Source of the DNA: Ruminococcus albus 7 = DSM 20455
Lineage (GTDB): Bacteria > Bacillota > Clostridia > Oscillospirales > Ruminococcaceae
Assembly: GCF_000179635.2 (NCBI RefSeq)
Contig: NC_014833.1
Span: 2,040,001-2,072,000, forward strand
DNA: 32,000 bases
Direction of reading: 5' to 3'
In this document: in pieces, positions 25,147 to 32,000 of the stretch
Position numbering within the stretch: position 1 is the stretch's first letter
Layout: each line of letters starts with the position of its first letter
The notes under the pieces: generated by a model
What the model saw: only the letters and a program-made list of their open reading frames with translations
The model's database searches: none
What the model was told of the DNA's origin: nothing
Made by a program: the position numbers and the translations under genes

Positions 25147-25794
25147 ATGAAAGAATACAAGGCCTATATTTTCGATTTTGACCTGACCCTTGCTGATTCG
25201 TCAAAGGGTATACTGGAATGTTTCAGGCATACACTGAAATATTTCGGTTATGAAGTACCTGATGACAGTACAATATACAACACCATAGGTCTGACTTTGC
25301 AGGATGCATTCGATATTCTTACTGGCATTCCGATGAATCCTCAGCGTGAAAAAATGAGAAAGGTGTATGTAGAAAAGGCAAATGAAGTGATGTCAGCGCA
25401 TACATATTTCTACGAGGACACTTTGTCCATACTTGAAAAACTTCGTGAGCATGATATAAAGATAGCTATCGTTTCTTCCAAGATGAGGTACAGGATAGTT
25501 GAATCATTTGAAGTTCAGCTGGGAGTTCATCCCTATGATGTTATAGTGGGTATGGAGGATGTAACAGAACCCAAGCCAGACCCACAGGGAATCATAAAAG
25601 CGATGGAACTTCTGGGTGTGACCAAAGATGAAGTCCTCTATATAGGGGACAGTTACATAGATGCTGAATCAGCCTTAAACGCAGGTGTAGATTTCGCAGC
25701 TGTTACCACAGGTCCGACAGATAAGGAGACCTTTATGTGCTACCCGAATATCGCCATAGGTGGTAGTCTTTCCGAGGCACTACCCGAAATGTGA
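25147..25794 (+). CDS. HAD-superfamily hydrolase (phosphoglycolate phosphatase / PpaX-like)
   Basis: YIFDFDLTLADS (DxD motif I), VSSK (motif II), GDSYIDAESA (motif IV). GGAGG RBS. Confidence 0.8.
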   Translation: MKEYKAYIFDFDLTLADSSKGILECFRHTLKYFGYEVPDDSTIYNTIGLTLQDAFDILTGIPMNPQREKMRKVYVEKANEVMSAHTYFYEDTLSILEKLREHDIKIAIVSSKMRYRIVESFEVQLGVHPYDVIVGMEDVTEPKPDPQGIIKAMELLGVTKDEVLYIGDSYIDAESALNAGVDFAAVTTGPTDKETFMCYPNIAIGGSLSEALPEM

Positions 25795-25834
25795 ATTCGA
25801 TGTAAAAATAATCATAATATATTATTAAAAAACC

Positions 25835-25863
25835 TTGCTTATTTGGACGACTAATGGTATAAT
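25835..25863 (+). promoter_or_regulatory. sigma-A-type promoter for yicC-remA-gmk-rpoZ
   Basis: TTGCTT (25835-25840), 17 nt, TGgTATAAT (25855-25863). Confidence 0.65.
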
Positions 25864-25919
25864 ATAATTTGAATATTAAGCTTTGAAATAATTCACGTTT
25901 ACGGAAAGGAAAGCTGATA

Positions 25920-26807
25920 ATGGTAAAAAGTATGACAGGCTTCGGCAGAGAGCATATCGTTGCCGAGGGCAGAGAGATCATTGTTGAGATACGTTCGGTA
26001 AATCACAGATACTATGAGTTTACTTCCAGAACTCCACGCGCTTACGGATATCTTGATGAAAAGCTCAAGGCTTTTCTGAAAAGCGGTATATCCAGAGGCA
26101 AGGTAGAAGTATCGGTAACTATCTATAATCAGGAGGGCACTGATGCCGAGATAGAACTGAACAAGTCTGTTGCAAAGGGATATCTTGATGCACTGAGAGG
26201 TGCTGCTGATGAACTGAACCTGAGTGACGATCTTACTTTATCAAATATTATGAAACTCCCCGATATCTTCACCGTGGTAAAAAAGACCGAGGATGAGGAA
26301 GTTATCTGGGCACAGGTAAAAGGTGTTGCACAGGTCGCTCTTGACAGATTTGTTGAGATGCGTGAGACCGAAGGCAGAAAGATGTATGAAGATGTGAATT
26401 CACGTCTTGATTATATAGAAAAGACCGTTGGTGAAATTGAGGCACATCAGCCTTCTGTGGCACAGAGTTACAGTGACAGGCTCTATGATAAGATAACCGA
26501 AACTCTTAAAAGTGTAGGTCTTGATAATATCGATAAGCAGCGTGTACTCACTGAAGTTGCTATATTTGCTGATAAAGTCGCTATAGATGAGGAAACTGTA
26601 CGACTCAGGAGCCATATCTCCCAGTTCAGGGATCTTATCGCATCTGATGAGCCTGTAGGCAGAAAGCTTGATTTTCTGGTGCAGGAGGTCAACAGGGAAG
26701 TAAATACGATCGGTTCAAAGGCTAATGATCTTACTATCACTAAGAAAGTTGTTGACCTTAAAGCTGAGATCGAAAAGATCAGAGAACAGATACAGAATAT
26801 CGAATAA
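25920..26807 (+). CDS. yicC: YicC/YloC-family endoribonuclease
   Basis: MVKSMTGFGRE start, SVNHRY motif, C-terminal EVNTIGSKAN motif. Confidence 0.9.
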   Translation: MVKSMTGFGREHIVAEGREIIVEIRSVNHRYYEFTSRTPRAYGYLDEKLKAFLKSGISRGKVEVSVTIYNQEGTDAEIELNKSVAKGYLDALRGAADELNLSDDLTLSNIMKLPDIFTVVKKTEDEEVIWAQVKGVAQVALDRFVEMRETEGRKMYEDVNSRLDYIEKTVGEIEAHQPSVAQSYSDRLYDKITETLKSVGLDNIDKQRVLTEVAIFADKVAIDEETVRLRSHISQFRDLIASDEPVGRKLDFLVQEVNREVNTIGSKANDLTITKKVVDLKAEIEKIREQIQNIE

Positions 26808-26819
26808 GCGGGTGACATC

Positions 26820-27074
26820 ATGCAGCTTATAAATATAGGCTACGGCAATATGGTTTCAGCATCGAGAGTAATAGCTATCGTAGATCCTGATTCTGCACCG
26901 ATAAAAAGGCTGATACAGGAATCACGCGATAAAGGCACGTTGATAGATGCGACGTATGGAAGAAAGACACGCGCTGTCGTTATCATGGACAGCGATCATG
27001 TTGTGCTTTCTGCTGTATCGCCTGAAACAGTATGCGGCAGAGCCGCCGAAGAGGAGGTTGAAGAAAATGGATAA
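26820..27074 (+). CDS. remA: RemA/YlzA (DUF370) regulatory protein
   Basis: [29 protein letters not shown]...[21 protein letters not shown] is near-canonical for the family. Confidence 0.9.
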   Translation: MQLINIGYGNMVSASRVIAIVDPDSAPIKRLIQESRDKGTLIDATYGRKTRAVVIMDSDHVVLSAVSPETVCGRAAEEEVEENG

Positions 27075-27717
27075 GATGGAAAAGAGAGTTCCAAAACTGA
27101 TAATAGTCTCTGCTCCCTCAGGATGCGGAAAGGGTACGATAATGGAAAAGGCTTTTGACAGAGATGAAGTCTTCTACTCTGTTTCGTGCACGACAAGAGA
27201 GCCGAGACCTGGTGAAATAGACGGTAAGAGTTATCATTTCATTACTACCGAAGAGTTTGAGAAGATGATAGCCGAAGACAGCTTTCTTGAATATGCAAAA
27301 TACAATCAGACTTATTATGGCACTCCGAAAAAACCTGTTGAGGAAAACCTCGCAGCAGGTAAGGATGTTATTCTTGAAATAGAGACTCAGGGTGCTTTTC
27401 AGGTAAAGAAGATAAGACCCGATGCAAACACGCTTTTCATTTTGCCGCCGTCTGTTGCAGAGCTTGACAGAAGGCTCCACAAGAGAGCAACAGAGAAAGA
27501 GGAAACTATAAAAAGGCGCGTTTCCCAGGCAGCTGGAGAGATAGCTAAAGCTGATAAATATGACTATGTCATAATGAATGATGACCTTGATGCAGCTATT
27601 GACGATTTCAAGGCTGTGATCGACGGTATCAGAGGAGTAAAGGAACCTGCTGTAAGGTTCAGTCCCAAAATAGAAAAAATAAAAAATATGATACGAGAGG
27701 TGCTTGAAAATGCTTAG
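27067..27717 (+). CDS. gmk: guanylate kinase
   Basis: [11 protein letters not shown]-loop, [21 protein letters not shown]. Start set at MDKMEKR (27067), overlapping the remA end by 8 nt. The track N-terminal extension from 26947 lies out of frame inside remA. Confidence 0.9.
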   Translation: MDKMEKRVPKLIIVSAPSGCGKGTIMEKAFDRDEVFYSVSCTTREPRPGEIDGKSYHFITTEEFEKMIAEDSFLEYAKYNQTYYGTPKKPVEENLAAGKDVILEIETQGAFQVKKIRPDANTLFILPPSVAELDRRLHKRATEKEETIKRRVSQAAGEIAKADKYDYVIMNDDLDAAIDDFKAVIDGIRGVKEPAVRFSPKIEKIKNMIREVLENA

Positions 27718-27916
27718 ACCGGCAGTTTGTCAGATACTTAAAAACAATGAAAGTTATTATTCACTGGTGATCGCAGTTGCAAAACGTGCAAGAGAGATAA
27801 CCGATGAAGCAAGCAAAAGTGAGAAGATACTTGAAGAAAAGCCTGTAAAGACTGCAGTAGATGAACTTGCGGCAGGCGAATATAAGATAATCGAGGACGC
27901 ATCACTCAAAAACTGA
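27710..27916 (+). CDS. rpoZ: DNA-directed RNA polymerase subunit omega
   Basis: YSLVIAVAKRAREI motif, position after gmk. GAGAGG RBS 9 nt before the ATG at 27710. Confidence 0.85.
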   Translation: MLRPAVCQILKNNESYYSLVIAVAKRAREITDEASKSEKILEEKPVKTAVDELAAGEYKIIEDASLKN

Positions 27917-27935
27917 TACAGCGGAGGTCTGTTAA

Positions 27936-30389
27936 ATGGGAGAAAGGGAAACTGTAGCGTATGTGGCGCTGAGCCATGCGGCATACAGCTTTGACAACGA
28001 GTACAGTTACCTTGTACCCGAAAGATACAGACATATCCTTAAAGCCGGTATGAGGGTGCTGGTGTCCTTTGGACGCGGCAATAACAGGGTCATAGGACTT
28101 GTGACAAGAATTGGCACTGATGATATCAGTCAGCACAGGCTAAAGCCGATCATTTCTGTGGTAGATACAGAGAGTCTTGTTTCCGACGAAATGATGAAGA
28201 TCATTTTCTGGCTGAAAGAGAATACCTTCTGTACCTATTATGATGCTTTTAAAAGTGCCGTACCTACCGGTTTTTCATATAAGGTAGATATGCATTTCGC
28301 TCTTGTTAATACTTATATCGACAGAGATACTCTTACCCCGGAAGAATCCGAGATCATCAGTTTTCTTGAAGGCTGTGACGAAGCCGCTGAGATCGACAAG
28401 TATTTTGACTTGAAAGCTAATCCTGAGCGCAAAAAGCCTCTGGATACTCTGATAGATAAGGGATTGGTTGAGGAAGTTCCGAGTTTTAAGAGGAAAGTCG
28501 GCGATGATAGTGTTAAGATGGCGGTTCTTATGGATGGATATGAGGATGCTGATCTTACACCGAAGCAAAAAAAAGTTGTAGAACTTCTTGAAGAAAGCGG
28601 TTCGGCGTCTGTGAAAGAGCTTTGTTACATGACGGGCTGCACATCTACAATAATTAAAAGATTGTGTGAAAAAGACGTTATTAGGGTATACGAGCAGGAA
28701 GTAATGCGGAATGCAGTGGGTGAGTTCACAGTCAGAGAAAGCCCCGAGGATATTGTTCTTAACGATGAACAGAAGATGGCGTATAATGGCATAATGAACC
28801 TGATACGCACAGAAAAGCCTGCAGGTGCGCTGCTTTACGGCGTGACAGGCAGCGGCAAGACTTCTGTTTTTATAAAGGTCATTGACAGTGTTATAAAAAT
28901 GGGTAAAACAGCAATAATGCTTGTTCCAGAGATCTCTCTTACGCCTCAGATGCTGGCAAGGTTCAAGGTGCTTTTCGGAGAGAATATCGCACTGTTACAT
29001 TCATCCTTGTCGCTGGGACAGCGAATGGATGAATTCAAACGTATCAAGCGCGGCGAAGCGAGGATAATCATCGGCACAAGAAGCGCTGTATTTGCACCTG
29101 CTGAGAATATCGGCGTTATCATCATGGATGAAGAAGGTGAACAGTCCTATAAATCGGATTCTAACCCTCGTTATCATGCTAGAGATGTGGCTATACAGCG
29201 CTGCGGTCATAACGGTGCACTGCTTCTCATGGCTTCTGCTACACCATCGCTTGAAACATTCTATCATGCGCAGAAGGGAAGATTCCATCTTTTCACTCTT
29301 GCTCACAGGTATAGTGATGCTGTACTGCCAAAAGTAGAGATAATCGATATGCAGACGGAAGCAGCCGAGGGTAATGATAGCCTTATAAGCAGGAAACTAG
29401 CTGATGAACTGACAGAAACTCTGCAAAGGAATGAACAAGCGATACTACTGCTTAATAGGCGAGGATTCAGTACTTATGTCAGCTGTGCAAACTGCCGACA
29501 GCCCGTGGTCTGCCCTAAATGTAATATCCCATTGACTTACCACAAAAAGAACAACAGATTCATGTGCCATTACTGCGGATATACTATGGATAATCTTGCA
29601 GTGTGTCCATCCTGCGGTTCGGATAAGCTGCGGTCAAGCGGTGTTGGTACGCAAAGGGTCGAGGATGAACTTGCAAGGATATATCCCGATGTAAGGATAC
29701 TCCGCATGGATGCGGATACAACTTCTTCTCGATATGCTTACGAAGAAAAATTCAAGGCTTTTGAGAACCATGAGTATGATATCATGCTTGGCACACAGAT
29801 GATCGCCAAGGGGCTTAATTTCCCGAATGTCACACTTGTTGGAGTGATATCTTTGGATAAAGCCTTGTTTACAGGGGATTTCAGAAGCTATGAGAGGACA
29901 TTCTCTCTGCTTACCCAGGTCGCAGGCAGAAGCGGTCGAGGAAGCAAACCAGGGTCAGCATATATACAGACTTTTGTTCCTGATCACTATGTACTGAATC
30001 TGGCGGCTGAACAGAATTACGATGAATTCTATGCTGAGGAGATAGCATTGCGGCAGTCCCTTATCTATCCCCCTTGCTGTGATATCTGCGTTATAGGTTT
30101 TTCGGCTGTTATGGAGAGCAGAGCTATAGCTGCATCTGATCACGTTACAGCGTTTATAGCTGAATATCTCAGAACAAACAAGGTGGATTTTCCATTAAGG
30201 GCGATAGGTCCAGCACCGTGTACTCTTGAAGTTATAAACGGCAGGTACAGATACAGGCTTATACTTAAATCAAAGAATACCAGGTGTTTCAGGCAGATGA
30301 TCAAGTCTGTGCTGAAAGACTTCAATGATAATAAGGACTTCAGAGAAGTCCGGATTTATGCTGATATCAACGGTGATATCGGTCTTTAG
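27936..30389 (+). CDS. priA: primosomal protein N' (replication restart helicase PriA)
   Basis: Walker A GVTGSGKTS, Walker B IIMDEEGE, Cys4-type zinc cluster CANCRQPVVCPKCN...CHYCG...CPSCGS. Confidence 0.95.
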   Translation: MGERETVAYVALSHAAYSFDNEYSYLVPERYRHILKAGMRVLVSFGRGNNRVIGLVTRIGTDDISQHRLKPIISVVDTESLVSDEMMKIIFWLKENTFCTYYDAFKSAVPTGFSYKVDMHFALVNTYIDRDTLTPEESEIISFLEGCDEAAEIDKYFDLKANPERKKPLDTLIDKGLVEEVPSFKRKVGDDSVKMAVLMDGYEDADLTPKQKKVVELLEESGSASVKELCYMTGCTSTIIKRLCEKDVIRVYEQEVMRNAVGEFTVRESPEDIVLNDEQKMAYNGIMNLIRTEKPAGALLYGVTGSGKTSVFIKVIDSVIKMGKTAIMLVPEISLTPQMLARFKVLFGENIALLHSSLSLGQRMDEFKRIKRGEARIIIGTRSAVFAPAENIGVIIMDEEGEQSYKSDSNPRYHARDVAIQRCGHNGALLLMASATPSLETFYHAQKGRFHLFTLAHRYSDAVLPKVEIIDMQTEAAEGNDSLISRKLADELTETLQRNEQAILLLNRRGFSTYVSCANCRQPVVCPKCNIPLTYHKKNNRFMCHYCGYTMDNLAVCPSCGSDKLRSSGVGTQRVEDELARIYPDVRILRMDADTTSSRYAYEEKFKAFENHEYDIMLGTQMIAKGLNFPNVTLVGVISLDKALFTGDFRSYERTFSLLTQVAGRSGRGSKPGSAYIQTFVPDHYVLNLAAEQNYDEFYAEEIALRQSLIYPPCCDICVIGFSAVMESRAIAASDHVTAFIAEYLRTNKVDFPLRAIGPAPCTLEVINGRYRYRLILKSKNTRCFRQMIKSVLKDFNDNKDFREVRIYADINGDIGL

Positions 30390-30404
30390 AAAGGAAAGTG
30401 TGAA

Positions 30405-30872
30405 ATGGCTGTCAGAAATATACTGAATAAAAGCGATGAAACTCTTCACAAGGTCTGCCGACCTGTAGAGAAATTTGATGAAAAGCTGTGGACATGGCTT
30501 GACGATATGAAGGAGACTCTGGCACAGGCAAATGGTGTCGGTCTGGCCGCTCCGCAGGTCGCTATCCTCAGACGTTTCTGCATAATCGATGTCGGTGACG
30601 GAAATGTTTATGAACTTATAAATCCTGAGATCACATGGAAGTCCGAGGAAACTCAGAGGGTTCTCGAGGGCTGTCTGTCCTGTCCGGGGCAGTGGGGATA
30701 TGTTACAAGACCTATGAGCGTAAAGTTCAAGGCTCAGGACAGAAACGGTGAATGGTATGAGATGGAAGTCAGTGAGCTTTTTGCTCAGGCAGTATGCCAT
30801 GAGACAGCTCATCTTGATGGACACCTGTTTACTGAAATAGTTGAAGAATTTGTTGAGGTAGATGAGAAATGA
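30405..30872 (+). CDS. def: peptide deformylase
   Basis: GVGLAAPQV, EGCLS and HETAHLDG (HExxH) motifs. Confidence 0.95.
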   Translation: MAVRNILNKSDETLHKVCRPVEKFDEKLWTWLDDMKETLAQANGVGLAAPQVAILRRFCIIDVGDGNVYELINPEITWKSEETQRVLEGCLSCPGQWGYVTRPMSVKFKAQDRNGEWYEMEVSELFAQAVCHETAHLDGHLFTEIVEEFVEVDEK

Positions 30873-31801
30873 AAATAGTTTTCATGGGTACGCCTGATTT
30901 TGCTGTACCTTCACTGAAAGCGTTGCTAGAGGCAGGTCATAAAATTCAGGCGGTGTTCTGCCAGCCAGATAAGCCGAAGGGCAGGGGTATGAAGCTTGTA
31001 GCTCCTCCTGTAAAGAATGTTGCATCAGAAAATAATATACCTGTGTATCAGCCTGTAAGCCTTAAAAACAGCGGAGATGAGTATATAAAGATCCTTGAAG
31101 AACTCGCTCCCGATTGCATAGTTGTGGCGGCATACGGTAAGATACTGCCTAAGTCGGTGCTTGATATACCAAAGTACGGCTGTGTGAACGTTCACGGTTC
31201 TCTTCTGCCGAAATACCGCGGTGCAGGTCCTATACAATGGGCGGTACTCAATGATGAAAAGACTACGGGCATAACAACGATGCTTATGGGCGAAGGTCTT
31301 GATACAGGCGATATGCTGCTCAAATGTGAGACTGAGATCGGTGAGAATGAAACTGCTGCTGAGTTGTTTGACAGGCTTGCAGTGATGGGTGCAGATCTGA
31401 TAGTTGAAACACTTGATAAACTTGAAAAGGGTGAAGTTATACCTGAACCGCAGAATGAGGAAGAGGCAACATATGCTCCCATGCTTACTAAGGAGCTTTC
31501 TTCGATAGATTTCAGTAAGTCAGCCAGAGAAGTACATAAGCAGATCTGCGGACTTTCGGATTGGCCTTGTGCTTCTACGCTAATTGGCGGAAAACGACTG
31601 AAAATCTATCATTCTGAGATCGTAGATGGAAATTCCGATAAACCTGCAGGTACTGTTGTCAATAATAAAGACTTGACAGTTGCTTGTGGAGAAGGTCTGG
31701 TAAGATTTACCGAGATACAGGCAGAAGGTTCTAAAAGAATGCCTACAGCTGATTATCTCAGAGGTAAACCGATAGCTGAAGGAACTGTGCTGGGAATATG
31801 A
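30869..31801 (+). CDS. fmt: methionyl-tRNA formyltransferase
   Basis: MKIVFMGTPDFAVPSL start, HGSLLPKYRGAGPIQ motif. ATGA overlap with def. Confidence 0.95.
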   Translation: MKIVFMGTPDFAVPSLKALLEAGHKIQAVFCQPDKPKGRGMKLVAPPVKNVASENNIPVYQPVSLKNSGDEYIKILEELAPDCIVVAAYGKILPKSVLDIPKYGCVNVHGSLLPKYRGAGPIQWAVLNDEKTTGITTMLMGEGLDTGDMLLKCETEIGENETAAELFDRLAVMGADLIVETLDKLEKGEVIPEPQNEEEATYAPMLTKELSSIDFSKSAREVHKQICGLSDWPCASTLIGGKRLKIYHSEIVDGNSDKPAGTVVNNKDLTVACGEGLVRFTEIQAEGSKRMPTADYLRGKPIAEGTVLGI

Positions 31802-31837
31802 CAAGTTGCATAGCTTGTCGCTTGGAGGAAATATAAT

Positions 31838-32000
31838 TTGGGAAGTGCCAGATGGTATACAGTCAGGCTGCTTACTAAGCTTGATGAAAATAATTCTTAT
31901 TCAAATATCCTGCTGGATGAATCCCTGAGCAGAAGTGATTTTGATAAGCGGGACAAAAAATTCATCGCTGCGTTGTTTTACGGAGTAATTGAAAGACGTC
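31838..32000 (+). CDS. rsmB: 16S rRNA (cytosine967-C5)-methyltransferase, N-terminal NusB-like part only (runs off the right edge)
   Basis: My translation from the TTG at 31838 is LGSARWYTVRLLTKLDENNSYSNILLDESL...FIAALFYGVIERR. This is the NusB-like N-domain, in the canonical position after fmt. GGAGG at 31824-31828. The start codon is uncertain. Confidence 0.7.
   Translation, partial: MGSARWYTVRLLTKLDENNSYSNILLDESLSRSDFDKRDKKFIAALFYGVIERR

Noticed and set aside
26947-27066. 40-codon N-terminal extension of gmk in the ORF track
   Set aside because: It overlaps remA out of frame. The extension is hydrophobic and unlike guanylate kinase. The ATG at 27067 gives the normal distance to the P-loop.
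30270-30824. 184-aa minus-strand ORF
   Set aside because: It is antisense to the priA 3' end and all of def, both of which have diagnostic motifs on the plus strand. Shadow ORF.
1-32000. Scan for CRISPR arrays, tRNA/rRNA genes, IS or transposase, integrase, phage or plasmid genes, retron or DGR-like reverse transcriptases, and toxin-antitoxin pairs
   Set aside because: No intergenic gap exceeds about 430 nt, and no spaced direct-repeat array is present. No ORF shows DDE, tyrosine/serine recombinase or RT motifs. All large ORFs are accounted for by housekeeping or carbohydrate-metabolism families.

Overview
This window reads as core chromosome of a low-GC Firmicute of the class Clostridia. 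The GH5/GH3 cellodextrin genes, the class-3 FBPase, the ATP-PEPCK and the yicC-remA-gmk-rpoZ-priA-def-fmt-rsmB block suggest a Ruminococcus-like fibre degrader, but that organism guess is inference only. I call 33 protein-coding genes, two of them truncated by the window edges. Nearly all have clear catalytic motifs, Shine-Dalgarno sites, sigma-A-type promoters (usually TGnTATAAT) and stem-loop plus T-run terminators. I found no rRNA, tRNA, CRISPR array, transposase, integrase or phage genes, and no obvious compositional island. I do not see a convincing self-contained novel system such as a defence island, toxin-antitoxin pair or mobile element, and I say so plainly. The items below are modest leads, not discoveries.

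- A tightly coupled HD hydrolase, DUF188/YaiI and unknown 164-aa trio is fused into one operon with a GH3 and a double-HhH ComEA-like gene.
- An Imm7-like orphan is coupled to an ArsC/Spx-family gene directly behind the pckA terminator.
- An operon encodes an unknown 96-aa protein, RarA and an M50/S2P-like membrane protease with a helical-repeat tail.
- A perfect 32-bp palindrome lies on the fbp stop codon, followed by about 210 bp of unassigned spacer.
- A 40-nt tandem repeat and a roughly 220-nt structured leader lie upstream of an FN3-SleB-type wall hydrolase.
- An unknown 133-aa gene overlaps rnz by 4 nt.
- The Prs homologue is a long form, and the CapD-like dehydratase appears to carry an insertion.

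All product calls come from motif recognition and recall of protein families. No database search was run.
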